A stretch of DNA of 64,000 nt from contig NC_043001.1 in the NCBI RefSeq assembly GCF_006345805.1, forward strand, positions 106,206,001 to 106,270,000, read 5' to 3'. The notes beneath the pieces were generated by a model. That model saw nothing but the letters and a program-made list of their open reading frames with translations. It ran no database searches and had not been told where the DNA came from. Origin of the DNA: Octopus sinensis. Lineage: Eukaryota. Below, piece by piece: positions 48,793 to 60,767 of the stretch (the stretch's first letter is position 1; each line of letters opens with the position of its first letter). The position numbers were made by a program, and so were the translations under genes.

Positions 48793-51660
48793 ACTTGGAA
48801 GCCGAGGTGAAAGTAAAATTTCAAAACCATTCGTGCTGATCGTGTTGGCAGAAGAAAGGGTGGGACTGCCATTTATGTCCATGATTCATTCTCAACAGAA
48901 GCCATGAACATATTTTCGAATGGATACTGCGAAGCAGTCGCTGTATTCAGTCAAACCAACAACTTAACAGTAGTTGGGCTCTACAGACCACCCCAAACGC
49001 CCCTACCATGCTTCAAGGAATGCCTCAACAGCATAAAGTGTTTCATTCAGCAGTGTCAACCTGACAACATTTTAATGATGGGAGATTTCAACCTTCCCGG
49101 GGTTGACTGGTCTACAAAACAGTCTGCCGCCAGGTTCTTCTCTCTCAACCCCTGACAGGAGGCAGTGGAATCGCTTCTTGACTTCATGGATGACTTTTCT
49201 TGTCCCAACTGGTACTCGAACCAACGAGATGTCACAAAAAACGTCTTAGACTTAATTTTCAGCAATCACACTGATACTATCCACAATATTGCAGTGGAGA
49301 AAACCTACTCTCCGACCATGACATGGTTCTCTGTGATCTGAGATTTCACTGGCCAAAATGCAAAACAAATGTCATCCTCCTGTTCATCCATTTGACACTA
49401 TGGATTTCCACAATGCAAATGGGAAGCGATCAATAATGATTTTGCACAAGTCGATTGGTCCCTTCACGCACACATACACACCCACTAACATCAAAAAGTC
49501 CTGGCAGTCACTGTAGACACCATCACGAACAATGTGCAAGACACACCCATTAAGATCTGCAAACAAATCTAAGTGTCGAATCCCTAGAAATAGAAAATCT
49601 CTCATAAGGAAATTAAAAGAATCAACAAAAAGATCAACATGCTGAAATACTGTCAACAGCAACACACCAACCTGACTGCCATCTCGTCGCTAGAGATTAA
49701 AAACATAAACTCCAAACAACATGATGTCTATCATCAATAGTCAGCGAAGAGCTGAAGAGGCCTGGGCCATTGAGAAGATCAAACTCAATCCCAAAGTGTT
49801 CTTTTCATTGCAAAAAAACACAGAGTCACTGGTTCTACTGTTGGCCTCTGATTGATGAAAATGGTACTCTTCAGACAATGCCAAAACCATGGGAGAAATA
49901 TTGCAGAAACAATATTGCTCTGTTTTCAGCAATCCTGATATGACTGATCTGGGCTGTATCAGTGATGTTACTCCCAATACACTTTATCGGACATAACATT
50001 TGGCGCTCCTGATGTCTTAGCAGCAATAAAGGAAATGAAGCATAATTCAGCAGTAGGTCCCGATAGGTTCCCTGCTTGTGTCTTGAAGATGTGTCAAAAC
50101 CAACTTGCACCCCCTCTAGCCAATCTGTGGCGGAACTCATTGGATGCTGGATATATACCAGAAGACCTTCTATCCCAGTCTGTTGTCCCAGTTTTCAAAA
50201 AAGGAAACAAATCGCTTGCCGTGAATTACCGTCCAATCTCACTCACCTCTCATATCATCAAGGTATTTGAGAGGGTGCTGAGATCGCGTATGACTCACTT
50301 CCTTGAGAGTCATAATATGCTGAACCCCACCCAGCATGGATTCCGTAATGGGAGAGATTGCCTGACGCAGCTACTGCATCATTTTGATGACATTTTGAGA
50401 GCCTTGGGAGAGGGTTCCAACACTGATGTCATCTACCTTGATTTCAGCAAGGCCTTTGACAGGGTTGATCATAAGATCCTTCTGAGAAAGCTGTCCAATA
50501 TTGGTGTCACTGGAAAGCTGCTGCAATGGATCAAGTGCTTCCTCTCTAACAGAACCCAACATGTTGTAGTCGAAGGAGTCAAATCCAGCCCAGCCAAAGT
50601 CAGCAGTGGTGTCCCACAAGGCACTGTGTTGGGCCCACTTCTCTTCATCATCTACATAAATGATATTACTGACACCATCAAACACAGCAACATCAGAACC
50701 TTCGCTGATGATTCCAAGCTCCAGAAGGTCATCAATGGCGTGGATGACCGAATAAACCTTCAGTCAGACCTACTGGCTGTTGTCCAATGGGCGGAAAAGA
50801 ATAACATTGCTAAATGAAGACAAATTCGAACTGATCCACTTTGGAAGGGAGGACGCTCTGAAACTCCCATACTCTCTCCTTCTGGAGAAATTCTCGTGGC
50901 ATCCAACAACATCAGAGACCTGGGAGTAACAGTGGACAACAACATAAGCTGGGCTACACATATAAGCAGCAAAGTTGACATGGCCCGCAGAATGTGTTCC
51001 TGGATTCTCAGAACCTTCCAGTCGAGAGATTCCCACGCAATTATCCTTCTCTTCTCCACTTTTGCCCGACCCCACCTTGAATACTGCTGTCCACTGTGGT
51101 CTCCCTACACAAAACAAAAAATTATGAGAATGAAGCTCCCCAAAGGTCAATCACAAAAAGATAGATGGCATGTCAGACCTGACTACTGGGTTATAGACTA
51201 GAGAAGCTGAAATGTGTATTCACTCCAACGACGCCGTGAACGCTACATTATCTGTATGATGTGGAAAATATTCCATCAGCACTGTCCGAATGATGGGCAT
51301 CACCTTCAAAAGCATCCAAGGCTTGGACCACGTGCCATCCGTCCACAACAAAATCTAAATCGCATCACATAACGACAATACGGCACAAACTATTTCACAT
51401 CAATTGGACCCGCTCTCTTCAACATTACACCAGGACACGTCAAAAAGAAACTGACCACACAAAATTCAAGAAGTCTTTGGACAAATTCCTTTCAAACAGT
51501 ACCGGACAAACCACCCACACCCGGATATGTCTCCGCAAACAATAACTCTCTGCTCGAATGGGCCTTGGTGCCCAAATCCTGAACTGAAAGACTTCGCCAG
51601 GTGGTGCTATTAAGAGTTAGACATGGCCTGGGCCAATACTGGCAAAAACCTTTCTAGTAT
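48793..51660 (+). mobile_element. 5'-truncated CR1-like LINE (ORF2: partial APE, RT, C-terminus, 3' UTR), frameshifted
   Basis: APE: GGTAIYVH, VVGLYRPP, LMMGDFNLP. RT: NYRPISLTS, QHGF, YLDFSKAFD, GVPQGTVLGPLLF, FADD. C-terminus: RDLGVTVD, RPHLEYCCPLWSP, SLQRRRER. Confidence 0.92.
50035..50817 (+). pseudogene. Reverse transcriptase domain of the CR1-like LINE (260-aa open segment)
   Basis: All core non-LTR RT motifs lie in one frame; ORF2 is disrupted upstream and immediately downstream. Confidence 0.9.
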
Positions 51661-51664
51661 TTAA

Positions 51665-51708
51665 GTTATATATATATGTATATATATGTATATATATATA
51701 TGTATATG

Positions 51709-51742
<34 letters not shown>

Positions 51743-51994
51743 TGTATGTATATATGTATGTATATATAAATGTATGTATATTATATGTATATATATATTA
51801 TATGTATGTTATATATATGTATATATATATGTATGTATATATATATGTATATATATTGTATGTATATATATATATGTATATATATATATATGTATGTATA
51901 TATATATGTATATATATATATATGTATGTATATATATATGTATATATATATATATGTAGTATAATATATGTATATATATATATATATATGTATG

Positions 51995-52028
<34 letters not shown>

Positions 52029-52130
52029 GCATGTCCAGAGCATATATATATATGTATGTATATATATATGTATATATATATATGTATTATATATATATAT
52101 ATATGTATGTATATATATATGTATATATAA
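51665..52130. repeat. (TA)n/(TATATG)n satellite containing a 17-bp unique island at 52027-52043
   Basis: Directly visible. Confidence 0.9.
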
Positions 52131-52219
52131 AATATTATTCGAGACAAAACCACTATTTGCAAAACAAACAAGGAAGACTAATTAATAATTAAAATTTTAA
52201 TAACTAGTCAAAAAAACCG

Positions 52220-52262
52220 CCACTACAATCGTTTCTTGTCTTGATCGACAATCTTCAGGTGG
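52220..52262 (-). ncRNA. Minimal type I hammerhead ribozyme motif (best formed in the window)
   Basis: Minus strand CCAC-CTGAAGA-TTGTC(GATCAA)GACAA-GAAA-C(GATT)G-TA-GTGG: perfect 4-bp stem I, 5-bp stem II, intact CUGANGA and GAAA, GUA triplet. Confidence 0.7.
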
Positions 52263-52732
52263 ACTTCCAATCTAAAAAATCAATATTTTAAATATAAAAA
52301 TAATATTTTAAATAATTAAAGTATGAATGAAAAAATATAAGTATATAATCCATATATAACCTATCTATAATCCATATATAAACAATATATAAACAATAAT
52401 AAACTAAAAAAAACTATCAACAATTAAATATAAAATATAAAAATATAAAATTAAAATATAAAATATAAAACAAAACAAAAAAAAATAATAATATAATAAT
52501 AATAAAACTATATATACACCCATACGCATATACCTAATTATATATAACATATCTAACTACATACACTAAATCACACACCTATATATATATCCCTATACAT
52601 ACACATAAAAATGTCTAGGCAACTATAAATAAATAAAATAGCTAAATACTTCAACACAATACTTATTCATACTCCCACACACACACACATACAACCCACA
52701 TTCACGCTCTAGAAAACGGATATATATATATG

Positions 52733-52785
<53 letters not shown>

Positions 52786-52788
52786 AGC

Positions 52789-53580
52789 ATGTCCAGAGCA
52801 TGGAGACGTGACGAGCTGGATTTATTCGTACGAGCATGGGAGTGCGCCGGCGGAGATAGCCCTAGGGAGGTGATTGCGGCTGCGCTGAAGAGCAGAGGCT
52901 ACAAGAGGACAGCGGCTCAGATGGAGCGAAAGAGACAGGAATTCGTGCGCTCATATGCGCTTGTACGGTCGCACATTGGCGCACTTGATGCCATCTTTGA
53001 GAACGAGCGGAGCAAAGATGGCAAGAATGGAGACGATGAAAGAAGTCACCCCCACCTGGTGGACGCCCGGGAGGAGGTTTTGAATGAGAAAACCTGCCCG
53101 GGAAGTGAACCCAGGTGCAAGTTCTCCAACCGGCAGCAAGGGCCATGGAGACGGAGAACCCGGTGAAGAGGGTAGAGAGGGAGAAGAAGAACTAAAAGAA
53201 GGACTGGAAGAGCTAAAGGAAAAGAAAAAGCTCAAGCAGGACAAAGAGTGAAACAACCAGAAATAGAAGTGGAACCGCAAAGGATGGAACCAAACAGCGC
53301 ACACGGGTGTGTATGTTCTACCTGAGAGGTTCCTGCTGGCATGGAAAGGAAGGTGCAGGCTGCCGCTTTGCACATCGGGGACCCTGCCACAGAGGACACG
53401 AGGCACATGGACAAACCATCAAACAAAGAAAAGGATGGACCACGCACCACCTGCTCCCAAAGCGGAGGTACGCAGATGTTGTGCGCGCCACAAACAGCCA
53501 ACATGATGTTGTCGAAAGAGCAGCTGCTGAGCAACAATCTTTTTTGTGCATGGCACAAAAGATTGTACAGCAGCTGACCT
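52789..53580 (+). pseudogene. Putative ORF1 relic of a CR1-like LINE: Myb/SANT-like trihelix, acidic/coiled linker, CCCH zinc finger
   Basis: ATG 52789: MSRAWRRDELDLFVRAW..EVIAAALKSRGYKRTAAQMERKRQEFVRSY. After a frameshift: GEEGREGEEELKEGLEELKEKKK, then CMFYLRGSCWHGKEGAGCRFAH (53310-53375). Confidence 0.65.
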
Positions 53581-53653
53581 GGCTTCATCAAACCCAAGCC
53601 CGCAGGTGGGACTACCCACTATATACCAGACCACCACAGCAAACAGACACAGG

Positions 53654-54403
53654 ATGGACACCGCCGGCAACAACGTACACCTCACCTCGAAAATCCTACT
53701 GAACATCAGAGGACTGCAAACACTCAGTAACAGGACAAAGATCCCGTTCCTGAGAGACTTTGTTGCATGCAATCAAGCCTTATGCATAGCACTTACAGAA
53801 ACGCACCTGAAACCGGACATAGCAGATGCGGAGTTACACATACCACAGTATGCTGTACTACGGACCGACAAGAAAGAAAGGAGTCATGGAGGTGTTGCTA
53901 TGTACATCCGTGAGGACCTCACACCCCAGGTCCTCTTGTCATACTCAAACTCGGTGTGTGACACACTAATTGTACATATTAGGCAACTTGATGTAGTTGT
54001 GTGTGCTACATATCGCCCTCCAGATGCCCCAAGCCATGTGGGCAAGTTTGAAGACTGCCTTATAAAAATAGAAGAAATTCTAACCACATTAGAACAACAC
54101 ATAGGTGTGCTTCTTATGGGAGGCTTCAATCTGCCCAATGTCAGATGGCCCGAGGGCCTTTCTCTCCCAGGAATGACAAGATGTGAACGAGGACAGGCGA
54201 GGTCCCCCTGAACCTCATCAACACCTGTACATGGAGCAGGTAATACTCCAACCAACCAGGGCAGGTAACACACTGGATCTCTGCTTCACAAATGACATGG
54301 ATCTCATCCATAATGTGAAAGTGACACCGACACTACTCTCGGATCACAACATGATAGAGCTGACCATGTACGGGCCAAAAGAGAGCACGGACATGCAGCC
54401 TAC
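53654..54403 (+). mobile_element. APE endonuclease of a second CR1-like LINE ORF2, cut by the assembly gap
   Basis: LLNIRGL, IALTETHL, GGVAMYIR, ATYRPP, LLMGGFNLP, then (frameshift) PTRAGNTLDLCFTN, LSDHNMI. Confidence 0.9.
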
Positions 54404-54503
54404 NNNNNNNNNNNNNNNNNNNNNNNNNNNNNNNNNNNNNNNNNNNNNNNNNNNNNNNNNNNNNNNNNNNNNNNNNNNNNNNNNNNNNNNNNNNNNNNNN
54501 NNN
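54404..54503. other. Assembly gap (100 N)
   Basis: Run of N. Confidence 1.
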
Positions 54504-55561
54504 TAAATTCAGTACTTGCAATTAAACCGTAATAGAATTAAACAAATGCAACAAACGCTAGGATAATTATCGCATCCGGAGCAGAACGGATAAATTACAC
54601 TATATCAATAAAAAGGTACACAAAAACAACAAACAGAACAATATACGCAAAACAAGTTTGGAATCTGTTAATGATAATTAGAATAATTTCTCCCAGAAAT
54701 GATTAAAGATTTTACGAGGAATGCGTTTTCAGTACTTCTGCATTCTACACCAAGTTTTCGATATTTTAGATCGCAAATCGAGCCGGTTTGTAATTTCCAA
54801 TGTTCTTACTATGTATTTTACGAAAGGTAAATGATGAAGTCCTCACAAATTAGGATCGATTGCCTAGTGTCGTTTCCCTGGCTTTCTTCAATTTGAATAG
54901 GCTGACCTGTTCAACGAACGGGCAATTTCAATGTGTAGGTGAAGCCACTGAGTGAATTCAGTCAATGCATTCATCTAAAACGTTCCCCAGCCGTCGAATT
55001 TCCTCCGAATATCACCACGGCGGGAGCCGATGTAAGGGGGATAACCCTGTTCCGCCTCTAACACGGGCATTTATTTTTTATTTTCAAAGCAACTGACCAT
55101 TATGTATTTTTTTCCTCAAGTTGTAGAGAGGTTATGCACTTTCAGTCATTCGAGTCTGACGAGTGGCCTATATTGCTAAGCGATTTATAGGTGCGAAACC
55201 AATGGTCACTCTTAACTTTCTAAATATTTTTTAATTCTTATTCACATTGAACATATCGGTCATCTCAGACACTCGGCGAAGAGCACCCTCGGAGGAACAG
55301 TGCGGGCCGAAACGACCGGGAGGTGGACGCGCCACCGCAACGCGAACGGCGACGCCCGACGACACCCGCCTCGTCGCTCCCACACCGACCTGCTGAAATA
55401 TTTGATTGTGTCGTCCTTATTTTTAGAAATGCAACCTGTATTTCTGTCAAATTATATGTAACTGTTTATACATGCATAAATTCAACTGTGTCCGGTGTCC
55501 TCGTGAAGTGATGGTCTACAGTCGAACTTATGGCCACAAGTGTCCCGCACCATCAACTAAT

Positions 55562-55766
55562 ATACTTTTCTACTCTACGAATAAGCCCGAAATTTTTGGA
55601 GAGGGGGACAGTCGATTAGATCGACCCAAGTACTTAATTTATCGACCCCGAAAGGGTGAAAGGCAAAGTCTACCGGGCCGGAATTTGAACTCACAACGTA
55701 ACGGCAGACGAAATACGGCTACGCATTTCGCCCAGCGTGCTAGCGTTTCTGCCAGCTCGCCACCTT
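55562..55766 (-). mobile_element. SINE family B monomer
   Basis: TTAATTTATCGACCCCGAAAGGGTGAAAGGCAAAGTC..GGAATTTGAACTC..GCATTTCGCCCAGCGTGCTAGCGTTTCTGCCAGCTCGCC. Confidence 0.85.
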
Positions 55767-57523
55767 GTGCCAGCTGCTAATATAAACTGCTTATTCATTA
55801 ATCCTGCAGATTTCTTTCAGAAATGATTTCTTGTATTTACAAAAAATTCATTTCTATTCTATTTGACAATCGTTAAGAATTAAAACACTGATTGTGTTTT
55901 CATTTTCCAACATAATGTGGGGAAGTCTAAAACATTAAGAATTTATAGTGTAAGTTATTTATTACATCAAACATTAGATTAATTTCCAGAACTGATACCA
56001 TTGCAGATTTCAGTTACATCACTTATCGAGTGTATTGTTTTCAACTTATTCATCCACAAATAAGTACCTCTATTGCAGTAAATATAAAACCTATGCAGTG
56101 TTCCGCAAGCTTCAGTACTTTGTATAAGTTGACTAATTCGGGTGAGCTATATAACCATTGCTGCCATTTGCCTTCAGAAAATTATTAGGAATTCTTTTTG
56201 TTTTGAAGTTTTTCTATTTAAAAGTGAAATTGCCACAATTTGAAACTTTATTGCTCACTGCCTGCACTATATCACCCCTTAGTTTAATTATACAAACTCA
56301 TAGAGTTAACCGCCGTTATATTAGAGCGCCTTCATAAGTATTTGTTTTTTATGTAAATTATCCTTATTCAAAATATATTCATAGCAGATTTAAACTATGT
56401 ATAATGAATCAGAGCTTTTTTTCCTATAGCTTGAAGATTACGAGGCCTAATTGCTTTTACAATATGCACATTTCTTTTCTTTTTTTTTTTTTTGCATATA
56501 AACAAACACCAGACCTTCATTTCCATATACATGTATATTAATTTAAAAATTAATTTTTACTCCCTTGTGTCAGTACAAATTTTCTTTGAGTATTGCTTAC
56601 AATTAACGCTGGATAATTGATTTTTTGCCAGCTATAATTACATACAGCATTCACTATATCATTAGTTAACTTAGTTATGTTAATTCCTTCCACTGACCAC
56701 ACAAAATTATTTCTTCTGGTCGTTTTCCTTTAATTTGCTTTATGATATTTGCATATTATTCTTGTCTGAAATACCCGTAACAATCATGTATGTAAAATAT
56801 TTACAGACTCCAATATTTAGCAGACTGTGATGAGGGCCTAATTTAAATAAACTTAGCCTTTACTCCATAATTGTCCTTACCAGCATGTGAACATCGGACT
56901 CTCATTTATCTATATATGGAAATTTACTTTAGAAGTTTATTTTAAATTACGTAAAATTATCTTCCTTTACTTTCTTAGGGTGGCGCAAGACTCTTACACG
57001 TAATTCGAATTACCGCTCGGATTTTAATTTCTATTTACAAGATTTCAGCAGACTGAGACTTTAGTGAAGAAACAATTCATTACAATACCGGATACTTTCA
57101 GCACCCCTTAATGAAATTATCAAAATTAAGTTTATTTATATGCTTGAGTGATATGCCTTAAATATATTTATCCTAAATATTCCAATTATATTTTGGCCAA
57201 AACTATATCAATTGTTTCCTATAACTCATTAGTATTCAATAATGGGCATTATTTCGGGCAGGTTCTGATTTTGCAAACAATGTTGCCACATTATTCTTTT
57301 CGGAAACATGAAAACTAAAATAAGAACTCTATTCTCTCATTTCCGCTAATTATTTTTCTACACTTTCAGAACCGATGTCTATTATGTGTAAAAAATTATT
57401 TTCAATTTTCAGATTAAAGATTATTTTGAATATATTACTAATTTCTATGTAAGTCACTCAATACATTTCTCCATGTAATTTTCAGTTTACATCTTACTTT
57501 TTTTCATTTTATATATATAATAT

Positions 57524-57554
<31 letters not shown>

Positions 57555-58652
57555 CCTTAAAATGTTCTAACCCGAAGGCCGCGGCCATGCTGCAACTTAT
57601 CTCTACCAAATATGTACGTAATTATACTTCTCTATGTAAAACGAAACTCAGTCCTACATTGAAGTGACGTTGCCAAACAGATCTAAACATTTTTCGTCTT
57701 AATTCATGTCTGTAAACAAAGATCAGACTCATTTTCCTTTAGTATAAAAATTTGATATTTAATTAAACATTAATTTCTTCAAAGTATTTCACAAGCACTT
57801 TGTGAGTCGCTACGGCTAGTCTTTGATTTTCTTTCTATAACTGAAAATTTCAATGAAATAAGAATTTATGGCAGACGGCATTAAGTACATCATATTTTCA
57901 TTGAAATAAGCATATTTTTCTGATGAATAAACGTATAATTACTGATTAGGAAGCTGCTGCAATCTGCACTAAACTAACAAGACATCATACATGAAAATAT
58001 ATGCACCTATTTCCCCTCACTGGCAATTTTTTGTCTCTGTAAGCACGTAAATTTAGTCGAAAAATTAATTTCTATCTTCTTAAATAAACAGCTTTTCTAA
58101 TATTTTTTACAGTAGCTAAAAAAAAGTGGAGGTCTTTGTATGACTCCGCTTTTGTAATTTAGATACGTATTTTAATGAATTTTAAAATTCATCAAAATAC
58201 GAGATTGTTTCAATCATATGCACTCGTGTCTCTGGCTGCTTTTTTAATGTTTGTTCATTTTCGTCTTTCAGTTATTTAAATTATTGTTTAATAAATGTGA
58301 CTGCATTTTTATTTCTGTATGCAATAGCTATACACACTGATTTTGAGGCAGAAAAACCACACATACTAATCAGCGAACTGTAAAGAACAATGATTTTTCT
58401 TAATTTATACTTACTGGAATTTCCCAAAATAAGTCACTTTACATGTAATTTCACTTTTTTTCTCTCTTGAAGGGTTTTGCAAACCTAAGATTTTGTTTCT
58501 TTTACAATTCTACAATTCACCGCGGAACTAGAATTTATTTCAGATCAATATTGTTAATTCAATCATTGAAATCATGTCTTCAACGTTTACATCCACTTTC
58601 CTTCATAACATATAACTCGCAGAGCCTTACAGGTGTGTTTATAAAAATATTT

Positions 58653-58699
<47 letters not shown>

Positions 58700-59709
58700 G
58701 TGTGTGTGTGTATGGATGGATGCATATAATAACTGCACATTTTTGATCAAATTTACATGCAAAATTTAAACGTTTAATAAAAAGTAACATCAGTATAAGT
58801 CCCGTGTTGAATATATTAATATCAAACACGAAACTGAAATAGAAAGAAGTGAAATGCAAAGATAATTCTTACCTGCAAATTCTGGGTCTTCCACCCCATA
58901 AAATGGCAAAATGACCTGAGATATTCATTAAACTCTTTAAATTGTCTTCCCTTTTCTCTAAATGTATCTATCAATAACATATCCGTTTTAGTTTTATTTG
59001 GCCAACTTAACAAGTATATCTGAAAGAAATGAGAATTGTGGTGTGCGACATCCAGTAGTTCGCCTCTTAATTATTTACATTCATGTTGTAGTCTCTTTAA
59101 TTTTAAGCATGCAAATTATTTTTCGTTTCATTTCTGTTATCTGTATTATTTCTCCCCGCCATTTCATTTTTGTTTCTTAGAATTTCGGAAAGTGCTTTTG
59201 GCGGTGTAATATCACTAACTTACTTTCTTTTTAAAATGCCCACTATAGCGATTTTGCAGCATTGTCAAGAAGATGCTTTGCTGACTAGGTCATACACACA
59301 GACACCACCGCACTTGACTCCAGTCTACATCCGATCACAAAACAACCTTTTCCTTAAATATGCCAGTTAACTGAAAAATTACTTCATTATTTCTTGAACT
59401 TGCCCATCGGCTTACAGTTGCTTTCTCAAGCTTATAGGGAAATTTCTGTGAATTAAGAGTTTTCATATTCAGCAATTCACTTTTAAACTTAATTATCCAA
59501 ATTCATACCAATTGCACCTTTGAGGTAGTCACATTAGCTTCTATAATGCCAATAATATACATCGTTTCTCTCATCCATCTCATTAAGCGCAAGAACACGA
59601 TGTGTGCGGATTCATATGTACGAAGATATACAAACATAAAAACACATGAAGAGCAGAAGCTCACATTGAATTTCAAATGCATAAATATATGCATGTAGGC
59701 ATGTGCATA

Positions 59710-60083
59710 TCTCTCTATATATAAACGGCAGTTTGTCTGTGCGTGTTTCTGTGTGTCTGTTTGCTTGTACCCTCACCCTGACCACGGCTTTCAACCGATT
59801 CTGATGAAACTTGACACACACATAACCCAATGTCATAATTCAAAACTAACGCAGCGAAAATTTTGAAAAGTTCCCCCAGTTCTGAAAAAAATCGATAAAT
59901 TCGACATGGGGTCGAGAATCAGGAATACGAACCACAAACTGTCTAGGGAACGCAACTCTACCTTTTTTAAATCTCAAAAAAAATTTACCATCATTTTTTT
60001 GCTATTTTTTGGCTATAACTCTCTAAAAATGCTTTATAGTTATTTCCCTTACAAACCTGAGCAACGCCGGGCGATACTGCTAG
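59710..60083 (+). mobile_element. Non-autonomous Helitron, copy 3
   Basis: A|TCTCTCTATATATAAACGG...GAGCAACGCCGGGCGATACTGCTAG|T. Confidence 0.85.
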
Positions 60084-60166
60084 TACGCTATAAATTTAGG
60101 TGTGTATATGTGCAAATCTGGGTATTTATGCATACACATGTGTGCTTGTAGGTGTATGTATGTATG

Positions 60167-60218
<52 letters not shown>

Positions 60219-60346
60219 TATCCATACGCACGCGCATGCACATACAGAGAAAGAGAGAGATTTGGCAACGCAAACAGCTCTATTTGTTATTTTTTATTTG
60301 CAACATCAACATTCTCTCTCTCTCTTTCTATATATATATATATATA

Positions 60347-60731
60347 TCTATATATAAACGGCAGTTTGTCTGTGTGTGTTTCTGTGTGTCTGTTTGGTTG
60401 TACCCTCACTCTGACCACGGCTTTCAACCGATTCTGATGAAACTTGACACACACATAGCCCAATGTCATAATTCAAAACTAACGCAGGGAAAATTTTGAA
60501 AAGTTCCCCCAGTTCTGAAAAAGATCGATAAATTCGACATGGGGTCGACATTCAGAAACACAAACCACAGATGGTCTAGGGGACGCAACTCGACCTTTTT
60601 AACTATCAAAAAATATTTACCATCATTTCTTTTCCCATTTTTTTGCTATCTATTTTTTTGGCTATAACTCTCTAAAAATGCTTTATAGTTATTTCCCTTA
60701 CAAACCCAAGCAACGCCGGGCGATACTGCTA

Positions 60732-60732
<1 letters not shown>
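60347..60732 (+). mobile_element. Non-autonomous Helitron, copy 4
   Basis: A|TCTATATATAAACGG...CCCAAGCAACGCCGGGCGATACTGCTAG|T. Confidence 0.85.

Positions 60733-60767
<35 letters not shown>

Noticed and set aside
47376-48810. Many 60-140 aa ORFs of YIYI/MYIC type (also 2153-2461, 3017-3417, 5081-5483, 29143-29422, 31995-32540, 41006-41333, 51676-52192, 60080-60499)
   Set aside because: Translations of (TA)n/(TG)n/(CA)n microsatellites, which lack stop codons by construction.
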